Source: Candidatus Nanohaloarchaea archaeon (lineage in GTDB: Archaea; Nanohalarchaeota; Nanosalinia; Nanosalinales; Nanosalinaceae). Taken from it: a DNA stretch of 64,000 nucleotides. Position 1 is the stretch's first letter, and the number at the start of each line of letters is the position of its first letter. Location of the stretch: positions 869 to 64,868 of the forward strand of contig JBEQBQ010000002.1 of NCBI GenBank assembly GCA_041639695.1. Direction: 5' to 3'. The translations under genes and the position numbers were made by a program. Under the pieces are notes generated by a model, which was not told where the DNA came from, did no database searches, and worked only from the letters and a program-made list of their open reading frames with translations. Shown piece after piece: positions 19,997 to 29,887 of this stretch.

Positions 19997-20560
19997 TTAG
20001 CAGGTTGAAGATCCTGAGCTCTGAGGCGAGCAAGTGTGTTCCCAAGTGAAGCCACTTACGTCATCGTAATTGATCTGGATGGTCAACTGGCTTGTGGGGT
20101 CAGGGAACTTAAATCCTGTATCGCACGTGTAGGTGGCTGACTCGTTCAATACACCTTTCGTGAGATCGTCTGAACCCATCTGGAAGCAACCGGTATCCTC
20201 TGAGCTTCCTGCCGCCCAGAATTGACTGTAGCCCGAGTCATCTCTGATCACATCCCATGGAAGAGCGCTCTGTTCTCCCGCGGGTATCGCGTAAAGTGAT
20301 ACCTCGCTCGTAAGATTCACTGCTCTTGAACCAGTGTTAGCTACGTTTATCTTGATACTCTGGTCGTCTGAGTCTTGATAGACGGATCTGTATGTTAAAC
20401 CGGTGTTGCTGGCCTTCTGTCTAGCCTCAAGCTGCTCAACGTTATCTTGTCCTTGGCCGGCAAGTTGCTGGTAAAGTCCCCATGCGGATGCTACAGCACC
20501 AACCGTGATTAAGAGTAGTAGTACGACTGCAATTACAGGTGTGATACCTTTTCGTTTCAT
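19997..20560 (-). CDS. archaeal type IV pilin (Pilin_N/DUF1628-type N-terminus)
   Basis: MKRKG|ITPVIAVVLLLLITVGAVASAW, the canonical haloarchaeal PilA-type motif. Confidence 0.75.
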   Translation of the reverse strand: MKRKGITPVIAVVLLLLITVGAVASAWGLYQQLAGQGQDNVEQLEARQKASNTGLTYRSVYQDSDDQSIKINVANTGSRAVNLTSEVSLYAIPAGEQSALPWDVIRDDSGYSQFWAAGSSEDTGCFQMGSDDLTKGVLNESATYTCDTGFKFPDPTSQLTIQINYDDVSGFTWEHTCSPQSSGSSTC

Positions 20561-20608
20561 GATTATTATCCTCTTATCTTGACTGTTTGACTGTCTTGTT
20601 TAAATAAT

Positions 20609-21106
20609 TCAGCAGAAGTTACCTCCCGAATTGAAGCAGTTAATGGTGTCGGATGTCTCGTAGGTTCCGGTCAATCTCACCAGCTTCGAATCGCTGTTAG
20701 AGGGGAAAGGCTCAGTTGTGTTTATAGGAATCATATCTTGTGGGTCAATATATACCTGATCAGATCTCGAGTTTAAGAACTCCCAGCTGGTTGAACCGTC
20801 CGATAATGGCCGTCCCTCAATATAAATATTCCAAAGCCTGTTTTCTTCAGGGTCTTGGATTTCAAGGCTTCTTTCTCCAGTATTCCTCACGTTAATAATT
20901 ATATGGCCGTTGGAGCCTTTGTAGCCGTTTTCTATATTCATGGAGGACTGTATTTTTCTCTGGTTTTCGGAAACCCGGTCTGCTGAATTGTCCTGAACGT
21001 TTTCCTGTATGCTCTGTAGAAATACGAAAGCTGAACCTGTTGCTGCAACACTTATACCAAGAAGCAGAACTGCTCCGATTACGGGTGTGAGTCCTTTCCT
21101 ATTCAT
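20609..21106 (-). CDS. archaeal type IV pilin (Pilin_N/DUF1628-type N-terminus)
   Basis: MNRKG|LTPVIGAVLLLGISVAATGSAF; paralog of 19997..20560. Confidence 0.75.
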   Translation of the reverse strand: MNRKGLTPVIGAVLLLGISVAATGSAFVFLQSIQENVQDNSADRVSENQRKIQSSMNIENGYKGSNGHIIINVRNTGERSLEIQDPEENRLWNIYIEGRPLSDGSTSWEFLNSRSDQVYIDPQDMIPINTTEPFPSNSDSKLVRLTGTYETSDTINCFNSGGNFC

Positions 21107-21824
21107 CGTTCATTTTGTCAAACTTCTTTCTGAGCTTCCTGATGTTGTCGTTGCCTGAGTTCCCTCTGTTATTCTTTGGCTGGTGGTTCTGTCGATTACC
21201 TTGTGCTTGATTGCCTTGTCGTTGCTGGTTCTGATTCTGGCTCTGCTGACTATTTCGGCCTGATTGTTGTCTTTGATTGCCTCTGTTTACATTTAGATCT
21301 GGTCCGGACCTCTGTTTCTGTCTCTTATTGTCCAACGTTTGATCCTTGTTTTGGGAGGTGTAGGATCTCTTAATGCTCTTGTTAAGTTGTTCGAGATTAT
21401 TGATTACCTGTTCGTTAGAATCTTTGATGTCATCGGCAACCCCTTGCATCTCGTTTCCTACGGCTTCTGCAACCCGGTTATGTACATCGCTGATAACTTC
21501 TCCTTCAAGGTCTGTCTCGGAAGCTTCGTTCAGAAGATCCATGAATGAGTTCATGTTGTCCACAACTTCCTCCATTCTGTGCGTGAGGTCTTCCACGGAG
21601 TTCTTCAGTTCGTGTGTCGACTCGGTCATGTCGTTGACGATTTTCTGGTTCGACTTCATGATGTCTAGAACATCGCGCACGAGCTCATCGTTTCGTCCGC
21701 CTGACTCGGTTTTCTGGGCCTCCATCTCATCTATTCTTCTTTCAAGCTTTCTGATTGGTCCTACAGGAACGACCTCGTAGTCGTCCTCATCTCCGCCGCC
21801 GAGTTCCACTTCGTCCTTTGACAT
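21099..21824 (-). CDS. coiled-coil protein with basic Q/N/R-rich C-terminal tail, first gene of the pilus operon
   Basis: 241 aa. Acidic helical N-terminal two thirds, then ...QRQQSGRNSQQSQNQNQQRQGNQAQGNRQNHQPKNNRGNSGN. Overlaps the next gene by 8 nt. Confidence 0.55.
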   Translation of the reverse strand: MSKDEVELGGGDEDDYEVVPVGPIRKLERRIDEMEAQKTESGGRNDELVRDVLDIMKSNQKIVNDMTESTHELKNSVEDLTHRMEEVVDNMNSFMDLLNEASETDLEGEVISDVHNRVAEAVGNEMQGVADDIKDSNEQVINNLEQLNKSIKRSYTSQNKDQTLDNKRQKQRSGPDLNVNRGNQRQQSGRNSQQSQNQNQQRQGNQAQGNRQNHQPKNNRGNSGNDNIRKLRKKFDKMNDE

Positions 21825-21938
21825 GTTTAGAATCCTCTGTTATACACCACAGAATTCCTCTTCCCTGTATTTATAACCCATGTAACAGTCCGGCAAAATT
21901 TAAGGAAAGTAGTACAGTTCATCCATACACTGGGGGTG

Positions 21939-22976
21939 CTAACGAATCATCGACTTGCTGATAGTACAAAACGTTTTACGCGGTGCTCCAACGATGTTAT
22001 CGTCTGAATTAAGGTTTAAGTATTGTATTTCATAGCTCTTTGATGAGTCTAATTTTCGCTCTCCGGTTAGCACTATGGAGTGGGTTTCGGTATTGCTCGC
22101 GCCTTGTTCGACGTTTATGAAATCTTTATTGTCGGTAACATTCCTAAAAACTCCAATAAGGCGGTCTCCGTCCGAGAAACTATTCACAGTAATCTCGGCA
22201 CTGATTCGGTAGTGCCCTGTCTCTGGCGGAGAAAATTGGTTATTTGCTAGGTCAAAGTCACTGGTAACGTCTGTCACTTTGTTATCCCAGGTAACGGTCA
22301 CGCGACCGTTAGCCGTATTATAAGACTGGCTACTGGTTTTTTCAACTTCGATGAGAACTTCATCAGTAACATCTAAATTGGCTGTACTGAGTGAGCCAAA
22401 CTCTCCTTCGGTTGAGGCGTCCCAGTTACTGCCATCTGATATGAATGACAGCGACCATCCTGCGTTCGCGACGGCTTTCGAGGCTTCCCCGCCAGGGTCG
22501 ATCGTTTCAGAGCCTTCGGTGTCAACGGTGACGCTGTTCGCACCGCTTATGTTGACGATGTCGATTTTGTTGCCTTGGGTGGTGTCGGTAGTTCCAAGCG
22601 TGACTGTGACTGGACCGTTGCTAGTGTCAGCGTAGATGGCGTCTTCGCCGTTCGTTGTATAGCTTGTTCTGTTGGCTGAGTCGATTACTTCCGTATTTTT
22701 ACTGACTTCTTTATCATTTTGGAATATTCCGTTCTTGGTTAGTTTTAGTCCGGATGCGGAGGCTAAGCCTATTGCTCCGAGGCCTGCGCTAGCTACTCCG
22801 GCTTTCTTCAGAAAACTTCTTCGTGATATTTCTTTCTGTTCTCTGACCTTTCCAGTTATCTTTTTTTCTTTAATTATTTTCTTTTTCTTATTCTCGTCAT
22901 TTAGTCTTTCTTCGAGCCTCTCCTCTACCTTTTTCTCCACAAGTTTCTCTAACTTTTCATCGTCTACAGAGGTCAT
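21939..22976 (-). CDS. coiled-coil-leader / twin-arginine-signal secreted protein with C1q/TNF-like C-terminal head (family member 1)
   Basis: 345 aa. EKLEKLVEKKVEERLEERL..., RR at residues 52-53 (ISRRSFLKKAGVASAGLGAIGLASASG|LKL). Confidence 0.7.
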   Translation of the reverse strand: MTSVDDEKLEKLVEKKVEERLEERLNDENKKKKIIKEKKITGKVREQKEISRRSFLKKAGVASAGLGAIGLASASGLKLTKNGIFQNDKEVSKNTEVIDSANRTSYTTNGEDAIYADTSNGPVTVTLGTTDTTQGNKIDIVNISGANSVTVDTEGSETIDPGGEASKAVANAGWSLSFISDGSNWDASTEGEFGSLSTANLDVTDEVLIEVEKTSSQSYNTANGRVTVTWDNKVTDVTSDFDLANNQFSPPETGHYRISAEITVNSFSDGDRLIGVFRNVTDNKDFINVEQGASNTETHSIVLTGERKLDSSKSYEIQYLNLNSDDNIVGAPRKTFCTISKSMIR

Positions 22977-23075
22977 AGATGAATCTGGAAACTTTTCGAA
23001 TTAAAAGTTAACTAGGCTCATAGTAAAAAAGGGTTAGAGAAAGATTTTACGGAAAGTGGGGGGAAGATGTTTTCC

Positions 23076-24737
23076 TTACATCATTCCTCCCATTCCGCCG
23101 CCCGGCATTCCTCCTCCAGGTCCGCCAGGAGGTCCTCCGGCTTCGTCGTCTCCATCAAAGCCTGAAGCAGAGATAACATCGTCGATTCTGAGAATCATCT
23201 CTGATGCCTCCGAAGCGCTTTGAACTGCCTGTGTCTTCGTCTGCTTCGGTTCGACAACTCCTTGATCGAACAGTTTCTGGGATTCTCCAGAGGTTACGTC
23301 GATTCCGGCCCAAGTCTCTCCGTCATCATGCTTGTTTCTGAGGTCGACTAACGTGTCGATCGGGTCGTAACCCGCGTTCTCAGCAAGTGTTCTCGGAATT
23401 ACTTCCATGGCGTCTGCGAAAGCGTTGATCGCTAGCTGTTCTCTTCCTCCTACAGAATCTGCATAGTCTCGAAGTTCTTTTGCTAGTTCGACTTCGGTTG
23501 CTCCGCCTCCGCCGACAACTCTTCCGTTTCTTAGAGCTGAGGAAACGCCGCCGATCGCGTCTTCCATAGCTCTTTCAATCTCGTCTACGACATGCTCTGT
23601 TCCGCCTCTGATAAGTAGGGAGACGGATTTGGCTTCCGGACAGTCGTTGATGAATGTCATGGCGTCGCCTCCAACACGTTTCTGCTCAACTGTTCCTGCG
23701 TTACCAAGATCTGAAGCTTCGATGTCTTCGATCGAGGTAACGATGTTTGCGTTTGTTGCTTTCGATAGCTTGTCCATATCGGTAGAGCTTACTCTTCTAA
23801 CCGCAAGGATTCCTTTCTTAGCTAGGTAATGCTGTGCGATATCGTCGATTCCTTTCTGGCAGAGAACTACATTTGCTCCTGAGTCTGCGATTGAGTTGAC
23901 CATTTCTTTGAGCTGATCTTCCTCCTGTTCTACGAAGCTCTGCATCTGTGAAGGATCAGAGATGTTGATTTCTGCATCAGTTTCTGTTTCTTTAACTTCG
24001 ATTGCGGAGTCAAGGAGTGCGATCTTCGCATCTGAAATGCTGTCGGGCATTCCTGAGTGCGTCTTCTCTTTGTCAAGGATTACGCCTTCTACAAGCTCAG
24101 TTTCCTCGATAGATCCTCCTTGGCTTTTTTCTACCTTGATCATGTCTCTGTCGATTACGAAACCGTCTTCTGTCTCTTCGGCAACGTCTTTGACCGCATC
24201 AACTGCTAGAGTGCCAAGGTATTCGCGTGATGCTTCTGCGCTTTTTCCGGTCATGGCTGTCATAGCGACTTTTCTTAGTGTTTCATCGTCGCTGAGTTCA
24301 ACTTCTTCTGCAATATCGTCTAGAACCTGTGTTGATCTCTGTCGGGCCATCCTGTATCCTTTTGTGATAACTGTTGGATGGATTTCCTGGTCTAGCAGCT
24401 CTTCTGCCTGCTTTAGAAGTTCGCCTGCCAGGACCACGGCGGTTGTTGTACCATCGCCAACTTCTTCTTCCTGTGTCTGTGCGACCTCGACCATCATCTT
24501 TGCTGCAGGATGGTCAAGATCCATTTCTTCAAGTATTGTTACGCCGTCGTTCGTTACCACGAGGTCTCCTACGGAATCGACCATCATTTTGTCCATTCCT
24601 TTTGGCCCTAAAGTAGTTCTTACGGCTTTTGAAACGCTTTTACATGCTGCTATATTGTTTTCTTGAGCATCTTCTCCTGTTGTTCTTTCCGCGTCTTCAG
24701 ACATTATGAAGACTGGTTGTCCACCTAGTCCTGGCAT
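23076..24737 (-). CDS. thsA: thermosome subunit (group II chaperonin)
   Basis: 553 aa. [25 protein letters not shown]-terminal GGMGGMM tail. Confidence 0.95.
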   Translation of the reverse strand: MPGLGGQPVFIMSEDAERTTGEDAQENNIAACKSVSKAVRTTLGPKGMDKMMVDSVGDLVVTNDGVTILEEMDLDHPAAKMMVEVAQTQEEEVGDGTTTAVVLAGELLKQAEELLDQEIHPTVITKGYRMARQRSTQVLDDIAEEVELSDDETLRKVAMTAMTGKSAEASREYLGTLAVDAVKDVAEETEDGFVIDRDMIKVEKSQGGSIEETELVEGVILDKEKTHSGMPDSISDAKIALLDSAIEVKETETDAEINISDPSQMQSFVEQEEDQLKEMVNSIADSGANVVLCQKGIDDIAQHYLAKKGILAVRRVSSTDMDKLSKATNANIVTSIEDIEASDLGNAGTVEQKRVGGDAMTFINDCPEAKSVSLLIRGGTEHVVDEIERAMEDAIGGVSSALRNGRVVGGGGATEVELAKELRDYADSVGGREQLAINAFADAMEVIPRTLAENAGYDPIDTLVDLRNKHDDGETWAGIDVTSGESQKLFDQGVVEPKQTKTQAVQSASEASEMILRIDDVISASGFDGDDEAGGPPGGPGGGMPGGGMGGMM

Positions 24738-24817
24738 AGAAATCTAATCACCTATTTTTGTAGACGTATGTTAAAATTTTAAAGATATCTCTTCGAAAAT
24801 TCTCCGGACATACTTTT

Positions 24818-25948
24818 CTAGGATGTCTTTGTTCTTGTTTTAAGCGAGCCGTTCTGGAATCTTGCGTATGGCAAATCGATCCATGCATCTAAATCTCCGT
24901 TTAAACCTCCCCATGCGCCGCTTGTACCTCCATGGGTTAAGCCAACTCTTCCAATATCGTTTGTACTATGTGCGTTTAAGGATCTCCCTGAGAGCGAACT
25001 GTTGCTTGTGGATCCCCCGACATCCTTCCAAATTACATCATAAGTTAACGTGCTCCAGTCAATATAGAACTCCATCTTCCTCCAAACGCCATAATTAGGG
25101 CTAGGTGATGAAACCATTTCGGTAGATCCATCGCCGTCCTCTATAGTTACTTGAGGGTTGTCTGTGCCTGCGTAGAAAAGATTGGAGCCGTTCGAGGTTG
25201 AAGGTGAATAAGCAGTTACTCTGTTGTTTGAGGTTTCATAGTAGTAGAACTCCAAATAATCATATTTGGCTGCATCGAAGTCGATATAGGCATGTGCCTC
25301 TCCGGCGTTAGCGGTATCGTTTAAGTGAAGAGATTTACTGCCTTCGTATGCATACGTTTCGCTGACTGAAGGAGATTTATTACAAGTCCATGGTGAGGGA
25401 GGTTGAGATCCAGAAGTGTATGATTCCCAGGTCTCCGCAGATAGATCAAGTCTAACCTTGTTTGAGGGGTGATTTACGTTATTTTCGGATTGAGAGTTGT
25501 TCCAGTCAGAGGAGGAAGCCCATTTTCCTACATTACTCAAATCCGCACTATTTGCCTCAGGACTCTTGTTAATTTCCTGATTATTTAATTGCCATTCAAT
25601 CCAATAAGTGTTCCCTGAACTCCCATCCAGGTTTGATAGAGTGTATGTATTAACTCCGTCAGCGACAGATATTGTTTCAGTGTTATCGGCTGTTCCATCG
25701 CCGGTTGTATCCTCATACACTGTTAAGCTCATCGAAGTTCCCGATGAAACTGTTGCATCAGTTTCTATCTGATTGACATCAACGTTACTCCATACAGTAC
25801 TCCCATCGACAGTAATCTCTTGGACTTGTTCGCCATCAATAGTTACATCTGTAACACCTGTGCCGTCAAGATTTATAGCTAGAGAATTCCAGATAACCGG
25901 GCAGGAGAACAGGAATAAGTTCCTTAAGTTTTTCAGTTTCAGTAACAT
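24818..25948 (-). CDS. LamG/concanavalin-like jelly-roll protein, partner of family member 2
   Basis: 376 aa. N-terminal INLDGTGVTDVTIDGEQVQEITVDGSTVWS motif shared with 26591..27319. Starts 7 nt after the upstream stop. Confidence 0.5.
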   Translation of the reverse strand: MLLKLKNLRNLFLFSCPVIWNSLAINLDGTGVTDVTIDGEQVQEITVDGSTVWSNVDVNQIETDATVSSGTSMSLTVYEDTTGDGTADNTETISVADGVNTYTLSNLDGSSGNTYWIEWQLNNQEINKSPEANSADLSNVGKWASSSDWNNSQSENNVNHPSNKVRLDLSAETWESYTSGSQPPSPWTCNKSPSVSETYAYEGSKSLHLNDTANAGEAHAYIDFDAAKYDYLEFYYYETSNNRVTAYSPSTSNGSNLFYAGTDNPQVTIEDGDGSTEMVSSPSPNYGVWRKMEFYIDWSTLTYDVIWKDVGGSTSNSSLSGRSLNAHSTNDIGRVGLTHGGTSGAWGGLNGDLDAWIDLPYARFQNGSLKTRTKTS

Positions 25949-25954
25949 GGTTTT

Positions 25955-26377
25955 TTACGTTTTGAAGTTGATTACGCCGCTGCCGTCAGTCCCGTTCTTC
26001 TGTATTTCATAACCATCTACAGAATCTGCATCCAGACCTGTTGTATCGGTACTTGACCAGTCGATATTGTCGGGCGTAAGGTTGCTTATTCCGGAATTCC
26101 AGAAACTGTTTCCGTTTTGAGTGATACCTGAATCAGTAAGTTTTAGTTTTGAAGCAGCTGGAACAAGTCCTACTGCACCTAAACCTAATGCTCCTGCACC
26201 TATTTTCTTCATAAATGAGCGGCGTGAAAACTGCTGTTTTGGCGTTGCTTGATTCTCATCCTCCAAGTCTATCTCATCGTCAATAACTGTGTCTAAGAGG
26301 CCTTTTAATCTCTGATTTTGTTTTTCCAGTTCTTTGACTTTGTTCTCCAGTTTTTCAATCCGTTCAGGATTTGCCAT
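25955..26377 (-). CDS. coiled-coil-leader / twin-arginine-signal small secreted protein (family member 2)
   Basis: 140 aa. IEKLENKVKELEKQNQRL..., RR at 52-53 (FSRRSFMKKIGAGALGLGAVGLVPAAS|KLKL), TGLDADSVDG motif. Confidence 0.7.
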   Translation of the reverse strand: MANPERIEKLENKVKELEKQNQRLKGLLDTVIDDEIDLEDENQATPKQQFSRRSFMKKIGAGALGLGAVGLVPAASKLKLTDSGITQNGNSFWNSGISNLTPDNIDWSSTDTTGLDADSVDGYEIQKNGTDGSGVINFKT

Positions 26378-26590
26378 AGTAAAACTATTCCTAACTTGGC
26401 TATAAAATGTTTCCTGCTTGCAGTCTAAAGTCTTCTATGGTTTCAGCTCCAAGTATTATCTTATCTAGACGTTCTTCTATTCAGATTCGTTCCTTATTAT
26501 GGTGAAAATGTGGGTGACTAAACTTTCTAACGGGTACTTAAGTTTTCTACAAAGGGTTTGATGTTGGAGTTAATCAATTTCGAAGTTTTT

Positions 26591-27319
26591 TTAGTGGATG
26601 TAGAATTTATCCCAGTAAGGATCTGCTTTATGGTCGGCTCTGAAACCGATGCCCCCGCTGTCATGCGAACTGTCCGTGTAGGAGGTCGAGGCTACTTCAG
26701 TTCCATTATCGAAAACTTTCACGGTTATGGTGTCAAATCCCCAATTACACTGTAGCCGGTACCATTTTCCAGTAATCCAGGTTATTGAGTCTGTTGACTG
26801 AACATTATTTCCGTCTAGAAGACCGATATTTCCATCTCTGAAGTCTGCGTGAAATCCGTAGCCGCTGTGTATATCGGTGACATCCTGCAGTCCAAAGCAG
26901 GTTCTAGGTTGTGAATCTGATTGACCTCCTCTAATCCAGACAGAGAAAGTATCTCCTCTGGAAGGATAATTTGAAAGTCCGCTGGAAGAAGTAATCCATT
27001 TGTTCGAGCCGCTTCCTCCGCCTTTCAAAGCATTACTTCCTTCGTAAACCGGAGAAGATACTGTGCTGAAATAAGATGTATATCCGCCGTCGTAATCATT
27101 AAGATTGCCGCTCTCGAAGTCATCAACTATTTTCGTTGAGTTCCAAACTGTGTTTCCATCTAACGTTACTTCTTTTACATTCTCTCCATCTATGGTTAAG
27201 CCCTGTATCTCAGAACCATCAATATTTATACCAAGCAGGCTGTAAGGTATATGGAATTGTTTTGGTTGGTTAAATGAAGTTTCAAGTGTTTTGAACAGCT
27301 TTTTCCTAAAATTTTTCAT
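26591..27319 (-). CDS. LamG/concanavalin-like jelly-roll protein
   Basis: 242 aa. GINIDGSEIQGLTIDGENVKEVTLDGNTVWNS, then DDFESGNLNDYDGGY...YEGSNALKGGG..., typical of a LamG-like fold. Confidence 0.5.
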   Translation of the reverse strand: MKNFRKKLFKTLETSFNQPKQFHIPYSLLGINIDGSEIQGLTIDGENVKEVTLDGNTVWNSTKIVDDFESGNLNDYDGGYTSYFSTVSSPVYEGSNALKGGGSGSNKWITSSSGLSNYPSRGDTFSVWIRGGQSDSQPRTCFGLQDVTDIHSGYGFHADFRDGNIGLLDGNNVQSTDSITWITGKWYRLQCNWGFDTITVKVFDNGTEVASTSYTDSSHDSGGIGFRADHKADPYWDKFYIH

Positions 27320-27430
27320 CCCTGACTCCCTTTAGGCTAGTACTGTTTTCCGATAGCATGATGGCTGTACCTGTATAAGCTTCTTTCCGTTAAAAAATGG
27401 TAAGTCGACAGCATCTATCCGAACATAAAG

Positions 27431-29290
27431 TCATTTATTGGCGAGGTCATCTATTTCTTCTCTTAAGATCCTTGAGATTGTGGCTCCGTCAGCGTCAACT
27501 CTCTGCTGCATTTCTCCCATCAGTGGTCCCTGCGCACGCATACCCTGCTCTTCCACCATCTCTCTGTTTTCTTCTATCACCGTTCTGACCGCTTCACGGA
27601 TCTCTTCCTCGCCGGCTTTTCCTTCTTCGACCTCTTCAACCACTTTCTGCGGTTTTTTCTCGGACTTTTCGATCATCGATCTAAGAACTTCTTCTACATC
27701 CCCTTTCTTGATCTTCTCCGATTCTAGGGCAGAGAAAAGAGCGTTGTAATGGGTTCTTTCAAGTTTTCCGGTCTCAAAACCGTCTGATTCGATACCTGCC
27801 TCGATATTGGTGAATATGTTGGCGGCAAGTCTGGTATCAACTCTCTCCTTAAACTCTTCGAACATCTCAAGCTTCCTAGACTTTACTATCTGGCTAGCGA
27901 GTTCCTCGCCGATCTCTTCCTCGTAAATTTCCCTTCTTTCTTCCAGAGTCTTTGGAAGGTTCTGGTCGATCTCTTCAACCTCTTCTTCTTTAACTCTGAT
28001 TGCAGGGATGTCGGTTTCCGGATACATTCTTGCGGCACCAGGTAAAGGTCGAGAGTAACTTGTTGTAAAGTCCTGTTCGGCCGCTCTTGTCTCTTCAGGT
28101 ACTGTGCCTGAGTAGAGCATTTCCGCTCTTCTTTTGACTTCTTCTGCGGCGTTCTTTGCCTGTTTTTTTGGTGCGGCAATAATGGCCAGAACGTCCTCTT
28201 CTTCTCTGTCAAGTATTTCTTCTAGTTCATCGAACTCTTCTTTTAGGCCGTAGCCTTTGATGTCCTCATCCGTATGAATAATTCCTCGTGGGCCTTGCTG
28301 TCTTGCGTAGTCGACAAGTTCTTTAGCTACATAGCGATCGCCGGAAATATTCTCTTTCATCTTTCCGGTCATTCCAGGCATTTTAATCGCGTATACAGCA
28401 CCATCGTTTTGTAGAACTGTGGAGACGATTTCGTTCTCTGTCTCTTCAAAGATATGGGTTACGTTGTCTCCTAAAACTTCTTCCTCAGGTAGTTCTTCTC
28501 CAAGCCTGACGAGGTTTTTCTGTCTCTCTACCTCTAGCTCGATCAGTTTATCAATATTCTTTACATCTTGGAATCCTTTGATCTCGACCCGTGAACCTTC
28601 TTCAATTGATACGTTTACGTCCTGTCTTATGGTACCTAGACCTCTTCTAGCTTTTCCGGTAGACCTTAGTAGCATACCTATCTTTTCTGCAACTTCTCTG
28701 GCATGTTCAGGATTTTTGATTGAGGCATCTGTCCCTACCTCTACTAAAGGTACGCCCAGACGGTTCAGGTCGTAAACTGCTTTTTCCTGATCTCTTTCGT
28801 GGATGCCTGCTGATTCCTCCTCAAGTTCTATATCATCAATATTTACACTGCCGGACTCGGTCTCTAACTTTCCGTCCAATCCGATCATAGCTGTTCGCTG
28901 GAAACCACTTGTGTTAGATCCGTCGACAACGATCTTCCTCATGACTTGGATCTCATCAGGGATATCGGCATCTACCATTCTGGCAAAGGTCAAAGCAGTA
29001 TCAAGAGCTTCTTCATCCATCGAATGTGGGGGTTCTTCATCCAGTTCAACTAGGCAGTTGTTTCTTTTGTAGTATTTGTAGATGAACTTGGTAGATTTTT
29101 GGGCTTCCTTTTCAGCAGCTTCATCAGACTCACCGCTCTCTCCTTTGACTGCTCTCAAACGTCTTTCAACTCTGGCGTCGGCGTTCTCATCTACCAAGTC
29201 TACAGGGCAGCTGCAGAAAAGTTTTTCATCTGTTTTAAGCTGCTGGTGGATTTCAATACCGCATTTGAAGCCTAGTTCTTCGTAATTCAT
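27431..29290 (-). CDS. gatE: Glu-tRNA(Gln) amidotransferase subunit E
   Basis: 619 aa. MNYEELGFKCGIEIHQQL..., archaea-specific GatE layout. Confidence 0.9.
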   Translation of the reverse strand: MNYEELGFKCGIEIHQQLKTDEKLFCSCPVDLVDENADARVERRLRAVKGESGESDEAAEKEAQKSTKFIYKYYKRNNCLVELDEEPPHSMDEEALDTALTFARMVDADIPDEIQVMRKIVVDGSNTSGFQRTAMIGLDGKLETESGSVNIDDIELEEESAGIHERDQEKAVYDLNRLGVPLVEVGTDASIKNPEHAREVAEKIGMLLRSTGKARRGLGTIRQDVNVSIEEGSRVEIKGFQDVKNIDKLIELEVERQKNLVRLGEELPEEEVLGDNVTHIFEETENEIVSTVLQNDGAVYAIKMPGMTGKMKENISGDRYVAKELVDYARQQGPRGIIHTDEDIKGYGLKEEFDELEEILDREEEDVLAIIAAPKKQAKNAAEEVKRRAEMLYSGTVPEETRAAEQDFTTSYSRPLPGAARMYPETDIPAIRVKEEEVEEIDQNLPKTLEERREIYEEEIGEELASQIVKSRKLEMFEEFKERVDTRLAANIFTNIEAGIESDGFETGKLERTHYNALFSALESEKIKKGDVEEVLRSMIEKSEKKPQKVVEEVEEGKAGEEEIREAVRTVIEENREMVEEQGMRAQGPLMGEMQQRVDADGATISRILREEIDDLANK

Positions 29291-29338
29291 TTTTCTATTA
29301 CCTCTAGAGTCCTGTTTTTTATCCCTGTAAGAGATGTG

Positions 29339-29887
29339 CTAACTCTGGCTTTCGACAACGTTCTTCACCTCTCTTTCAAGTTCTTCAAGACTTATGTCTT
29401 CATTCTTGATTAGTTCACTACTTAAGGCTATGAGTTTTCCAACGCCGTTCTCTATCTCTCTTATATCACGTTCTTCGAAGCCGGCACCTTTTTGGTCGTC
29501 TTCTCTCTGTCTTTCCTCACGTCTCTTTTTCCTTGTCTCTCTGGAGGTCCAGACCCCGATCATAACTATTTTTTTATTCAGTTCCTTCTCAAATCTCTGT
29601 TTCTCGTTCCAGCCCCTCATACCGGTAATCACAATTCTGTCTTTCTCTTCAGCCATCTCTTTCAGGTAAGGTATTGATAGCTGCGCGATTGCGTCTCCGC
29701 CGTGCTCTTCCCGCATTCTGTTCACAAATTCTCCGGTTTTCTCTGCAGGAATGTTCCGTTTATCCATCTCTATTCTAACTACTTCTCCCATATCAAGGAC
29801 GGTGTATCCAAGTTTCTCTTCCATTATTTCGGCTACTGTGGTCTTTCCGGAAAGAGGCATCCCTGTAACTCCAAGTATCTCTGTCAT
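29339..29887 (-). CDS. P-loop nucleotide kinase (UPF0200 / CoaE-like)
   Basis: 182 aa. GVTGMPLSGKTT P-loop at the N-terminus. Confidence 0.6.
   Translation of the reverse strand: MTEILGVTGMPLSGKTTVAEIMEEKLGYTVLDMGEVVRIEMDKRNIPAEKTGEFVNRMREEHGGDAIAQLSIPYLKEMAEEKDRIVITGMRGWNEKQRFEKELNKKIVMIGVWTSRETRKKRREERQREDDQKGAGFEERDIREIENGVGKLIALSSELIKNEDISLEELEREVKNVVESQS

Noticed and set aside
23962-24666. 234-aa plus-strand ORF (and 24374..24616) inside the thermosome gene
   Set aside because: Antisense shadow ORF of a highly conserved gene. S/T/A-rich composition is typical of the complement of acidic GAx-rich coding sequence.
27886-28212. 108-aa K/R-rich minus-strand ORF in an alternative frame of gatE
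   Set aside because: Out-of-frame overlap within a conserved enzyme gene. Basic low-complexity translation of GAA/GAG-rich sequence.
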